DNA of 64,000 bases from an uncultured virus (IMG/VR IMGVR_UViG_2916515220_000006) (IMGVR_UViG_2916515220_000006); one strand, 5' to 3'. Shown: positions 39,467 through 47,868, counted from the stretch's first letter. Translations and numbers: made by a program. Notes: generated by a model from the sequence alone, not told the origin.

Positions 39467-39772
39467 ATGAAGCCTGAAAGCTTAACTACGCTAGTCAAGA
39501 TGACCAACACCAGCGCGAATGCGGCGAGCATATTATGCGCATTGAGGAAATCGGGACACGCTAAGGAAGTTGAATATCCATCCACAACAGGTTCCGGCGA
39601 GATCAAGACTTTTACCTCCCTGACAGATGAGGGGCTAGCTTTCGGTATCAACCGCTCATCAGATCACCCCTTCAAAACGGAAGCACGATTTTATCCAGAC
39701 AAGTTCCCTGCGCTGCTCGCGGTGGTGGCGACACAAATAAAAGCAGAAGCCGAAAAACTGCTAATAGCCTGA
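39467..39772 (+). CDS. Hypothetical protein co-transcribed with the repressor
   Basis: 101-aa ORF with GGGGA RBS, lower GC, upstream of the terminator. Confidence 0.6.
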   Translation: MKPESLTTLVKMTNTSANAASILCALRKSGHAKEVEYPSTTGSGEIKTFTSLTDEGLAFGINRSSDHPFKTEARFYPDKFPALLAVVATQIKAEAEKLLIA

Positions 39773-39790
39773 GACTCAGTAACCGAAATC

Positions 39791-39818
39791 AAAAGCCCGC
39801 CAATCGGCGGGTTTTTTT
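39791..39818 (+). terminator. Intrinsic terminator of the repressor operon
   Basis: AAAAGCCCGCC-AATC-GGCGGGTTTTTTT. Confidence 0.85.
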
Positions 39819-39854
39819 ATGCCTGAAAACGGTAGACACGATACGCACCACCAA

Positions 39855-39909
39855 GTGGTACAATTTGCACCACATCATATTGACAGCATGGTGGTGCATA
39901 ATATACCAC
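39855..39909 (+). promoter_or_regulatory. OL/PL: two operators flanking a TTGACA -35
   Basis: GTGGTACAATTTGCACCAC (39855-39873), TTGACA (39880-39885) and GTGGTGCATAATATACCAC (39891-39909). Confidence 0.8.
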
Positions 39910-40022
39910 TTCTCCATCCGAGCCGCTAAACCCCGCAGCGGCTTGGGCAGACTGCCGGGCGGCGCACCCTCGAAATGTCAACATGCCGCCCGGCTCCCTC
40001 AACGAAAGAAGGATGGAGCCTT

Positions 40023-40445
40023 ATGCTTGCAATGTTCAAAAGCCTCGTCGGAGACAAGGCAAAGAAGTTTTCCGGCAAGACCGATTTTCTGGAAGCGGTT
40101 TGCGCCGCGTCCGCACTCGTCGCCACTGCTGACGGCGAGCTTGACGACAAGGAACTTCTGGCGGCTGTCGCCGCCGTGAAATCCAACGCCGCCCTTTCCG
40201 GCGCGTTCGATGCCCGAGCCATCGAAACCACGATGGACAAGATGTGCAGCCGCGCCGTGGGCCGCGTGGGCAAGGCCGGTCTCTTCAAGGAAATCGAAGA
40301 CATCAAGGCCGACCACGATATGAGCGAAACCGTGCTTCTGGTCGCGCTCGACGTGGCAGACAGCGGCGGCATTTCTGACGACGAAAAAGCAGTGCTTGCC
40401 AAGATCGCATCCACGGTCGGGCTTGATCTGGCCAAGTATCTCTAA
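40023..40445 (+). CDS. TerB-family protein
   Basis: FLEAVCAASALVATADGELDDKE and VALDVADSGGISDDEKAVLAKIASTVGL duplicated A-D-G-x3-E motifs. Confidence 0.85.
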   Translation: MLAMFKSLVGDKAKKFSGKTDFLEAVCAASALVATADGELDDKELLAAVAAVKSNAALSGAFDARAIETTMDKMCSRAVGRVGKAGLFKEIEDIKADHDMSETVLLVALDVADSGGISDDEKAVLAKIASTVGLDLAKYL

Positions 40446-40447
40446 CC

Positions 40448-40594
40448 ATGGCGACCGCAAAGAATATCGCCTTGGCGACGGCGGCGGGCCTTCTCGTCAC
40501 GATGCAGGCCCTCTTCTTTTCCTTCGCCATGGACCTCGTTTCCAGCGTCCTGCTGGTCGCAATCGGCTTCGTCGCAGGCCGCTTGTCCCGCTGA
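40448..40594 (+). CDS. 48-aa two-TM membrane protein (not in ORF track)
   Basis: MATAKNIALATAAGLLVTMQALFFSFAMDLVSSVLLVAIGFVAGRLSR; starts 2 nt after the terB stop. Confidence 0.7.
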   Translation: MATAKNIALATAAGLLVTMQALFFSFAMDLVSSVLLVAIGFVAGRLSR

Positions 40595-40652
40595 AAAGCC
40601 CTCCTGAGCATGAGGAAAAAGGCTCGCCCCACCCCAATCAGGAGATAACGGA

Positions 40653-40844
40653 ATGCGCATCAATACCGCAAACGACACCGAACTGACGCAGGCGATGGCG
40701 GAAGCCATCCAACGCGTGGGCGAAGGCTGCACGAAAGCCGACCTTCGGGAATGGTTCACCGCCGATGAAATTCACCGCTGCGGCGATGCAGCCACTGCCC
40801 GGCTCCATGACATGCGCGTTCAGGACGCGCGTGCTGCGGCCTGA
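40653..40844 (+). CDS. Small hypothetical protein
   Basis: GGAGA RBS; 63 aa. Confidence 0.6.
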   Translation: MRINTANDTELTQAMAEAIQRVGEGCTKADLREWFTADEIHRCGDAATARLHDMRVQDARAAA

Positions 40845-40901
40845 TGCCGTTTGGCGATGGCCTTCGGGCCATCATCCGACAGCATCACCGGAGCGCCAAA
40901 C

Positions 40902-41165
40902 ATGGCAAACAAAGCAGCACAAAGGTTCAACGACATGTCTTCCTTCCTTCGGATGGTGCGACAGCCGATCTTGAACCAGCATACGGGATGGACCGAAGAA
41001 GCGGCCCAATCTTTGCGCGCGGCGCGAAACTACGTGAGCGAACTCACATCCGGCTCGGTGACACCAAGATATTCCCGCGAGTTTCGGAACCACGCGCGGC
41101 TCAAAATTCTGCATGCGAAAAACTGCCGATTCCGCGCGGCGCAGGTTGGCAGACGCCTGCCATGA
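40902..41165 (+). CDS. Hypothetical protein
   Basis: GGAG RBS, ATG at 40902; early-left operon. Confidence 0.5.
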   Translation: MANKAAQRFNDMSSFLRMVRQPILNQHTGWTEEAAQSLRAARNYVSELTSGSVTPRYSREFRNHARLKILHAKNCRFRAAQVGRRLP

Positions 41166-41344
41166 TCCAGATTTCACCCATGATTCCGACAGAGCGCCCG
41201 CAGCAGGCAACGCCGCCCTATGGCCGGTTCTTTCTGGCCTGCGTTTGCGCCGTCCTCATCCTCTCCATCATCGGCGGCGCGGCGCTTTGCGCCACCAGCC
41301 TCGCCGAGATCAAGCGCCACCACGACGCCAGCGGGCGCGCGTGA
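41162..41344 (+). CDS. Small single-TM protein
   Basis: MIQISPMIP...FFLACVCAVLILSIIGGAAL; ATGA overlap with the previous gene. Confidence 0.55.
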   Translation: MIQISPMIPTERPQQATPPYGRFFLACVCAVLILSIIGGAALCATSLAEIKRHHDASGRA

Positions 41345-41374
41345 CCTTCCTCCAAACTACAAGGAACCATCCGC

Positions 41375-41707
41375 ATGAAGAAAATACGCGATGCCTCCAC
41401 CATCATCGGCATGCTGGAAAACGGCCAGCTTAACCCCGCCTTTTCCGCCGAGATCGGCCAGACGCTGGAGAAGCTTTCGGACATGTCCGAAGCCAACCCC
41501 ATGCAGACTTTCAAGGGTTCCGTGACCCTGAAACTCTCCCTGTCCGTCAAGGATGGCATGGTGACGATTGCCGCCGACATGGAATCCAAAACCCCCAAGC
41601 TACCGCGCAAGAACTCGGTCTTTTGGGTTGTCGAAGACGGCGCGCTTTCGACTGAGCATCCCCGCCAGCACGACATGTTTTCGCCGCGCGAAGTCTCCGC
41701 GAACTGA
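41375..41707 (+). CDS. Conserved phage protein, usual upstream partner of DUF2303
   Basis: KGSVTLKLSL...GALSTEHPRQHDMF; directly upstream of the DUF2303 gene. Confidence 0.75.
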   Translation: MKKIRDASTIIGMLENGQLNPAFSAEIGQTLEKLSDMSEANPMQTFKGSVTLKLSLSVKDGMVTIAADMESKTPKLPRKNSVFWVVEDGALSTEHPRQHDMFSPREVSAN

Positions 41708-41766
41708 TTTCCCCACTTTAGCAACCGCGTCCGGCCAGTGACCGGCGCACCAATAGAGGAACCGAA

Positions 41767-42672
41767 ATGGACCAACTCACTCAAACCGCCGTCGCCGAGA
41801 TCGCAAAGCTTGCGGCGCGGACCAACGCCGCGATTGTGCAGGTTCCGGCACCTGCCGACGCCAAGGGCATTCCCTCCAACGTCCCGGCGCTGCTGGACCC
41901 GACCAGCGGCAAGCTGTCGGATGTGTCGGCAGTCTTCGCGCCGTGGCGCACCCGTCCGGAGCGCAAGAATGGCACCGCCAATGTCGAAACGCTGGATTCC
42001 TTCGTCAAGCTGGTCGAGCGCCACAAGACGGACAACAGCGTCATCTTTGCGGTGACCGACTGGCGCAACCCTACCTTCACCGCCGTAATCGACTACCACG
42101 GCGACGACCCGGACAACGGCAAGCACCGCGTGCACTATGCGTTCCCGCTTTCCGAAGAATGGAAAGCTTGGCAGGGTATCCATGGCAAAGCGTTGACTCA
42201 AAACGAGTTCGCGGAATTCATCGAAGACCATATCGCCGAACTGGCCTCGCCGGACTCTGACGAGGTGAAAGACCTCGAATTGCTGTTCCGGGCGAAGATT
42301 GCCTATCCGAATGAGCTGGTAGTGCTTTCGCAGGGCTTGCAGATCAACGCGGAAACCCGCGTCAAGACGGCCCTGAAACTGCAAACGGGCGAAAGCCAGA
42401 TCGTTTTCGAGGAAGACCACAAGAACGCCAACGGCGACCCGATCACCGTGCCGGGCGTCTTCGTCCTCAACATCGCGCCGTTCTTCCAGGGTGAAAGCAT
42501 CCGCTTGCCAGTGCGCCTGCGCTACCGCCTCCGTGAAGGCACGCTTTCGTGGACCTGCATGCTTTACCGGCCCGACATCCATATCACCAAGGCCGTCAAC
42601 TTCGCCCTGCACGAAACCGCCGCAGAACTTGCTCTGCCGAAGTTCGCGGGCAAGCCGGAAATGTTGGCCTGA
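41767..42672 (+). CDS. DUF2303 (YfdQ-like) protein
   Basis: TLDSFV, FTAVIDYH, SEEWKAW, QNEFAEFIED and RLRYR motifs. Confidence 0.88.
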   Translation: MDQLTQTAVAEIAKLAARTNAAIVQVPAPADAKGIPSNVPALLDPTSGKLSDVSAVFAPWRTRPERKNGTANVETLDSFVKLVERHKTDNSVIFAVTDWRNPTFTAVIDYHGDDPDNGKHRVHYAFPLSEEWKAWQGIHGKALTQNEFAEFIEDHIAELASPDSDEVKDLELLFRAKIAYPNELVVLSQGLQINAETRVKTALKLQTGESQIVFEEDHKNANGDPITVPGVFVLNIAPFFQGESIRLPVRLRYRLREGTLSWTCMLYRPDIHITKAVNFALHETAAELALPKFAGKPEMLA

Positions 42673-42731
42673 TTTCACCCGGAGCGCGGGCGGTCGCCGC
42701 CCGCGTCCATCCAGCCAGAGAGAACCCAACC

Positions 42732-43724
42732 ATGTCCGACAATACAAAAATCGAGTGGACCGACGCCACTTGGAACCCGATCACGGGTTGCGCTGTAGTC
42801 TCTCCGGGCTGCACCAACTGTTATGCGATGAAGCTCGCCGGAACCCGGCTGAAAAATCACAGGAGCCGGGAAGGACTTACGGTTGAAACGAAGTCCGGCC
42901 CCGTGTGGAACGGCAAGGTGCGTCTTAATGCGGAGTGGATGGAACAGCCGTTGCGCTGGAGCCGTCCGCGCATGATCTTCGTTTGCGCCCACGGAGACCT
43001 TTTTGCCGAAGGCGTGCCGGACGAGTGGATTGACATGGTTTTCGCCGTCATGGCGAGCGCCCCGCAGCACACGTTTCAGGTCTTGACCAAGAGGCCAGAG
43101 CGGATGCGCGACTACTTGTTTGCGCGCCGACACCTGCCGTTTCCTAATATCTGGCTTGGCACCTCCGCCGAAGATCAGCCCCGGTATTCCGCGCGCTGGC
43201 CATTCATGGAAGATATCGCAGAGCGTGGCTGGATGGTTTGGGTCTCTGCCGAACCGCTGTTAGGCCCGCTTGATCTGCTCGCTACGCCGCTTCGGAAAGT
43301 CGGCCCCGATGGCAAAGCACACCTTGCACGCCCTCCTATGTGGGTCGTGGCAGGCGGAGAAAGCGGACCGGGCGCACGTCCGATGCACCCCGACTGGACA
43401 CGCGCTTTGCGCGACCAGAGCCAAATCCATGGGATTCCGTTTCTGTTCAAGCAATGGGGCGCATGGAAGCCCGTCCCTTGGAAACTTGAGCGGACCGAAA
43501 CCGAAACGGACGCGGAATATATCGAGCGGTCCGAAAAGGAATGCTCCACGCACGCGCTTTCCCGAACAGGATATTTGATCGAGCTTGATCACAAGCCATG
43601 GAGTTGGGCGCGCGTATTGCCGCAGCCGGACACCCACCATGCCGTTAAACTGGTAGGCAAGAAGGTGGCAGGCCGCGTGCTGGACGGCGTTGAACACAAC
43701 GCATTCCCGGAGGGCCGAGCATGA
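42732..43724 (+). CDS. Phage Gp37/Gp68 (DUF5131) family protein
   Basis: TKIEWTDATWNPITGCAVVSPGCTNCYA, HTFQVLTKRPERM, SAEPLLGP, WVVAGGESG and FLFKQWG motifs. Confidence 0.92.
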   Translation: MSDNTKIEWTDATWNPITGCAVVSPGCTNCYAMKLAGTRLKNHRSREGLTVETKSGPVWNGKVRLNAEWMEQPLRWSRPRMIFVCAHGDLFAEGVPDEWIDMVFAVMASAPQHTFQVLTKRPERMRDYLFARRHLPFPNIWLGTSAEDQPRYSARWPFMEDIAERGWMVWVSAEPLLGPLDLLATPLRKVGPDGKAHLARPPMWVVAGGESGPGARPMHPDWTRALRDQSQIHGIPFLFKQWGAWKPVPWKLERTETETDAEYIERSEKECSTHALSRTGYLIELDHKPWSWARVLPQPDTHHAVKLVGKKVAGRVLDGVEHNAFPEGRA

Positions 43725-44167
43725 CGCCCGAACAGCTTTCCGTTCTCGCCGCCCTGCCGCAACTGGCGCTGTCGGTCCGACAGCCGTGGGTTTACTGCAT
43801 TTTCGAACTCGGCAAGCCGGTTGAAAACCGGACGTGGGCGACGAAGTATCGCGGGCCGGTCTGCATCCATGCCGCCAAGGGCATGACCACGAATGAATGG
43901 TATGAGGGCCTTGATACCGCACGCGAAGCGGCGTTGACCGATATCAGCCTTGCGAAAAAAAAGTTTCCAGCCGGGAAGAATGACCTCCTGCGCGGCGGCA
44001 TCGTCGGAACCGTCGATATCGTGGATTGCGTCACGCGCCACGAAAGCCCGTGGTTCTTCGGTCCCTACGGCTTTGTGCTGGCAAATCCCAAACCCTGCGA
44101 ATTTATCCCGGTCAAAGGCGCACTTGGCTTCTTCGACTGGCGGAAGAATCTTGAGGCCACCCCATGA
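43721..44167 (+). CDS. ASCH-domain protein
   Basis: ALSVRQPW, GKPVENRTW, YRGPVCIHAAK and KGALGFF motifs. Confidence 0.9.
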   Translation: MTPEQLSVLAALPQLALSVRQPWVYCIFELGKPVENRTWATKYRGPVCIHAAKGMTTNEWYEGLDTAREAALTDISLAKKKFPAGKNDLLRGGIVGTVDIVDCVTRHESPWFFGPYGFVLANPKPCEFIPVKGALGFFDWRKNLEATP

Positions 44168-44550
44168 CAGATATCACCAAAGCAGCGAAGAAGCTTATTG
44201 ATTGCGTCGAATTCGACATGAACGGCGCAGGCGGCAAGGGTGGCAACGGTGGCTTGCTGTCCGATACCACCTTGCGCGCCGCCCACGATCTGCGCGTTAT
44301 CATGAGCCGCGAGGCCGTCAGCGCGTGGAAGACGATGGACACCGCGCCCCGAAACGGAACTGTCATTCAGGCGTGGCACACCGTGCACAAATGCCCGATT
44401 TCCATTCTCTGGAATGAGCAAGGCCACGACTTTAACGGCGAGACGCTTCACTGGTTCGAGCGCTCATATACAACCGTGTGGCCGGAGCATGTATTTTCTC
44501 ACTGGATGCCCCTGCCTAGCCAGCCCATGACGAAAGGCGGTGCAGCATGA
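44164..44550 (+). CDS. Hypothetical protein (DUF551-like C-terminus)
   Basis: WKTMDTAPRNGT...SHWMPLP. Confidence 0.7.
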   Translation: MTDITKAAKKLIDCVEFDMNGAGGKGGNGGLLSDTTLRAAHDLRVIMSREAVSAWKTMDTAPRNGTVIQAWHTVHKCPISILWNEQGHDFNGETLHWFERSYTTVWPEHVFSHWMPLPSQPMTKGGAA

Positions 44551-45524
44551 GCGCCGTGACGCCCGAGGCTTCAAACGGCCTTCGCAGCCGCATCGTCGCG
44601 GTACTGCGCGAAGATCGCGACGTGCGGAACATCGGTGCCTTGGCCGACCAATTGGAGACCGCTATCCGTAGCGCCGAACCGGTGGCATGGCTGCGGCACG
44701 GCGAGGAAGCGCCCGTTCAAAATGTGCCGTTTGGCGCCATGTGGATTAGTGACAAAGATGATCCACGCTCCTTTCCGGTCTACGACTGCCCACAGCAGCC
44801 CGCGCCGTCCGTGGCCGTGAAGGCTTTGGAGTGGTCGCCATGGCCCGGAAATGACCAGACAAAGAACGGGCAAAGCGGCAGGCGCATCATGCGGCGCGCA
44901 GACGGAGCAGGCGTGGCTTACTCGCTTGAGCGGGTGGAGCCTCAAAGTGAGTGGTTCTATATCCCTCCGGGTCAGGTAGCGGGCGACTGGTATGTAATGA
45001 AATTCTGGAACGAAGTGGCTGGCCCCTTTAAGACGGACTTGGAAGCGCTGGAATGGTGCAGACAGGACCATGAAACGCGCATTCGCTCCGCCTTCTCCGC
45101 ACAGGTGCAGGACGTGGCGATGGAAGACGTTCTTTTGGAGGTAAAGCGTCAGGTTGAGGTTGAAGGCTGGTCTTCGGATCATGACGACGCTCACGACAAA
45201 GGCGAGATGGCAGGTGCGGCAGCTTGTTACGCCCTTGAGGGGGTGGCCTACACGGCACCTGATCACTATCCGCCGCGAAAGAAATACGCGGCTGTCGTGG
45301 ACGCAAGGAACTCCATTCCCGAAAAAGAACGAGAAACGACCCGCGAGGCAATCAAACTGGCACTTGGAGAACCTGCGGCACCACGAAACTGGCCTTGGCA
45401 TGCGTCTTGGTGGAAGCCGACCACCACGCGGCGTAATCTTGTTAAAGCCGCCGCACTTCTCATTTCTGAGATCAAGCGTCTCGACCGCGCCGCAGCACCC
45501 GCAAATCAGGAGGGCGGCATATGA
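44547..45524 (+). CDS. Mosaic hypothetical phage protein
   Basis: Modules EPVAW, VAVKALEW and RQVEVEGWSSDHDD...WKPTTTRRNLVKAAALLISEIKRLDR. Confidence 0.7.
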   Translation: MSAVTPEASNGLRSRIVAVLREDRDVRNIGALADQLETAIRSAEPVAWLRHGEEAPVQNVPFGAMWISDKDDPRSFPVYDCPQQPAPSVAVKALEWSPWPGNDQTKNGQSGRRIMRRADGAGVAYSLERVEPQSEWFYIPPGQVAGDWYVMKFWNEVAGPFKTDLEALEWCRQDHETRIRSAFSAQVQDVAMEDVLLEVKRQVEVEGWSSDHDDAHDKGEMAGAAACYALEGVAYTAPDHYPPRKKYAAVVDARNSIPEKERETTREAIKLALGEPAAPRNWPWHASWWKPTTTRRNLVKAAALLISEIKRLDRAAAPANQEGGI

Positions 45525-45778
45525 AAAAGCCAACCGCCGAGGACAAGGCAAACGTTCTGCGTTTCTGTTTCGTCGCCCTTACCGCTTTCAGTGAAAACGC
45601 TCTTGGCCCTACTCAAAAGCGATGGGCGCGAGAACGTGCGGAGAATTGCCTATGGGCGCTAAGGGTTGCCGAATTTAAGACTGACCGGGCGACTTACACG
45701 GCTCGCGAGCTTGAAGAAGCCATGATCACTATTGACCTAAAGGCCACCACGCCTTTGACGGAGGCCGGAAATGGCTGA
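45521..45778 (+). CDS. Hypothetical protein
   Basis: Coupled ORF, 85 aa. Confidence 0.55.
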   Translation: MKKPTAEDKANVLRFCFVALTAFSENALGPTQKRWARERAENCLWALRVAEFKTDRATYTARELEEAMITIDLKATTPLTEAGNG

Positions 45779-46001
45779 CCTCGCCCCAACCCCAAAGAAG
45801 AAAAACCGCCGTCCGACGCTTCGAATTCGCGACGTAAACGCTACGCTTGAAGCGCTCAAAAAGAACGGCATGACTCCGACCGCGTTGGACACATTGCCAG
45901 ACGGTACATTTCGATGGCATTTTACGCCACCGGCACAGAACGACGAAGACGATCTGGACCGCGAACTTGCGGAGTTTGACAAGAAGCATGGTTACAGTTG
46001 A
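45771..46001 (+). CDS. Putative excisionase/recombination directionality factor
   Basis: Small protein with a basic N-terminus, overlapping the integrase start. Confidence 0.5.
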   Translation: MADLAPTPKKKNRRPTLRIRDVNATLEALKKNGMTPTALDTLPDGTFRWHFTPPAQNDEDDLDRELAEFDKKHGYS

Positions 46002-47010
46002 GCTAAAGGGCATCCACACCGTACGGGCCAAGGGCAATATCTACTATTACGCTTGGCGCGGTGGCCCAAGGCTCGACGGCCAGCCTGGAACGGCGGCATT
46101 CATGGCATCCTATAACGAAGCCATCGCCAGCCGCATGGAACCCGAAAGCGGACGCTTCCGCTCAATCATCACCCACTACAAGGCAACCGAGTTCAAGAAG
46201 CTCGCCGATTCCACGAAGCGCGTCTGGTCGCCGTGGATTGATCGCATTTCCGAATATTTTGGCAATTTGAGCATTGCGCAGTTCAATCGTGCGGACAAAA
46301 TCCGCCCCCGCATTCGCCAATGGCGCGGGCAATATAGCGAGACCCCGCGCGCGGCAGACACAGGCATGCAGGTTCTTTCCCGCATCCTGTCCCATGGCGT
46401 AGACCCTATGGGAAAGCTGAGCGCCAATCCAGCCGAAGGCATCAAGCATCTTTATAGTTCCGACCGCTCCGAAATCATCTGGACTGACGCAGACATTGCG
46501 CAGGTCAAAGCCGAATGCTCTGACGAGGTGAAATGGGTTATTGACCTTGCCGCCCATACAGGCTTGCGCGTCAGCGATCTGCTGAAACTGTCATGGTCGC
46601 ATGTCGGCCCCGATGCCATCATCATTTCGACCGGCAAGAGCAAGCACAAGCGCGAGGCGATCATACCGCGCTACGACGCATTGAATGAAATTCTTGATCG
46701 CATTCCAAAGCGCTCGCCCGTCATCCTCACCAGCTCCAAAAAGAAGCCGTGGAAGCCGAGCGGATTGAATACGATGTTCTGGCGCGCGAAAGAAAAGACG
46801 AACATGCTTGAGCGCGATTTGCACTTCCACGACCTGCGAGGGACCGCCGCTACAAAATTCTATATCGCGGGCCTGTCGGTCCGCGTGATCGCCGAAATTA
46901 TGGCGTGGGAGGAAGAGACGGTTGAGAAAATTATTCGCCGTTACGTGGGCCGAAATTCCGCCACGAAAGAAATGATCCGGCAGTTAAACGAGGCCAGAAC
47001 GCGAACATAA
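45988..47010 (+). CDS. int: Tyrosine integrase
   Basis: HTGLRVSDL (R), KSK, FHDLRGT (HxxR), IMAW and RRY catalytic residues; adjacent to att. Confidence 0.95.
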   Translation: MVTVELKGIHTVRAKGNIYYYAWRGGPRLDGQPGTAAFMASYNEAIASRMEPESGRFRSIITHYKATEFKKLADSTKRVWSPWIDRISEYFGNLSIAQFNRADKIRPRIRQWRGQYSETPRAADTGMQVLSRILSHGVDPMGKLSANPAEGIKHLYSSDRSEIIWTDADIAQVKAECSDEVKWVIDLAAHTGLRVSDLLKLSWSHVGPDAIIISTGKSKHKREAIIPRYDALNEILDRIPKRSPVILTSSKKKPWKPSGLNTMFWRAKEKTNMLERDLHFHDLRGTAATKFYIAGLSVRVIAEIMAWEEETVEKIIRRYVGRNSATKEMIRQLNEARTRT

Positions 47011-47012
47011 CT

Positions 47013-47036
47013 TGTAAAACTGGCTGTAAAACTGGC
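47013..47036. repeat. Tandem TGTAAAACTGGC x2, putative integrase arm sites
   Basis: Exact 12-bp tandem repeat between the int stop and att; same core as at 5263 and 5311. Confidence 0.7.
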
Positions 47037-47082
47037 CTGTTTTTCGGGGGCAAAAAACGGCGGAAAGCCCTGAGAAATAAGG

Positions 47083-47129
47083 TGGAGCGGGTGAAGGGAA
47101 TCGAACCCTCGTATTCAGCTTGGGAAGCT
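47083..47129 (-). repeat. att core: second 3' fragment of tRNA-Gly(CCC), junction of prophage 1 and prophage 2
   Basis: 47/47 identical to 5184-5230 and also lacks the tRNA 5' half. Confidence 0.95.
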
Positions 47130-47226
47130 TCGAGAACAGCGAGGAAAATCAATGCGACGTGTCATTTCGTTTACCTCGTGTCAGGTAACGAGAGACACGC
47201 GTTTCAATGAAAATTCGGGAAAACAA

Positions 47227-47661
47227 ATGAAGAAAATGACGATCGGCAGCGTGGTGATCTTAGGTCTTTTGTCGTCGGCACCGGCCCATTCTGGCCAAGG
47301 CGTTGCATGTGCATCGCTGGTAGTAATCGACGGCGACACCATCAAATGCGACGGCCAGAACATGCGACTGCTGGGCGGCGGGGTGCCGTTCAAGTCTGGC
47401 GTGGATGCGCCCGAAATGGGAAGCCGTGCCAAATGCGAGTTTGAACGGGATCTGGCGCTGAAGGCAAAGGCCAGGCTGAAAGAACTGCTGCTGGACGGCG
47501 TACCTCGTATCGAGGACAGCGGCGCGAGGGACCGGACGCAAAGCCGCCGACCGCTCGTCAACATCTATCTTCCTGATGGCCGGGAAGCTGGGCAGGTTCT
47601 TATGTCGGAAGGACTGGCGCGAGAATGGCGCCCAAAGCACCGCATTGATTGGTGCAATTGA
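47227..47661 (+). CDS. Thermonuclease (SNase-like) with signal peptide
   Basis: VVIDGDT, RLLG..GVDAPE and GQVLMSEGLAR motifs, DWC C-terminus; N-terminal MKKMTIGSVVILGLLSSAPAHS signal. Confidence 0.88.
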   Translation: MKKMTIGSVVILGLLSSAPAHSGQGVACASLVVIDGDTIKCDGQNMRLLGGGVPFKSGVDAPEMGSRAKCEFERDLALKAKARLKELLLDGVPRIEDSGARDRTQSRRPLVNIYLPDGREAGQVLMSEGLAREWRPKHRIDWCN

Positions 47662-47868
47662 TCTGCACATACCTTAAGGGGGGTGCAGACTTCGGCGCGA
47701 ACGCGCCAGAGTTCAATCCGCTCAATTGTGCGGCTTGATCTCAAAAGGGCAAATTTGCCCGATTGGGAACTTGTGGACAATCGTCCCGAAGTTCAAACCC
47801 AGAATTTCTGGGACTGATCAAAGTGCCCAATCGGGCACATTGAACTTCCGGCCAATCGGCAGGAAGTT
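47662..47868. repeat. Array of eight abutting, sequence-diverse 25-28-bp palindromes
   Basis: Dyad centres at 47675, 47700, 47725, 47753, 47780, 47805, 47830 and 47855. Outer arms TCAA..TTGA or AACTT..AAGTT; centres mostly AATC/AATT. Confidence 0.9.

Larger units (their letters stand above)
5184..47129. mobile_element. Prophage 1, ~42 kb temperate phage with contractile tail (lambda-like packaging, P2-like tail)
   Basis: Flanked by 47-bp tRNA-Gly direct repeats. Contains integrase, repressor switch, replication, packaging, head, tail and lysis modules. Confidence 0.95.

Noticed and set aside
40023..40445. Tellurite-resistance operon
   Set aside because: A single TerB-fold gene with no terA/C/D/Z, located in the phage early operon.
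47565..47780. 71-aa minus-strand ORF across the array
   Set aside because: TTG start without an RBS, overlaps the nuclease gene antisense, covers only part of the array, and has no recognisable motif.
47662..47868. CRISPR array or TIGR-type guide array
   Set aside because: There is no constant direct repeat separated by unique spacers, the variable parts are self-complementary, and no cas or Nop-domain gene is visible in the window. Kept as an unexplained palindrome array instead.
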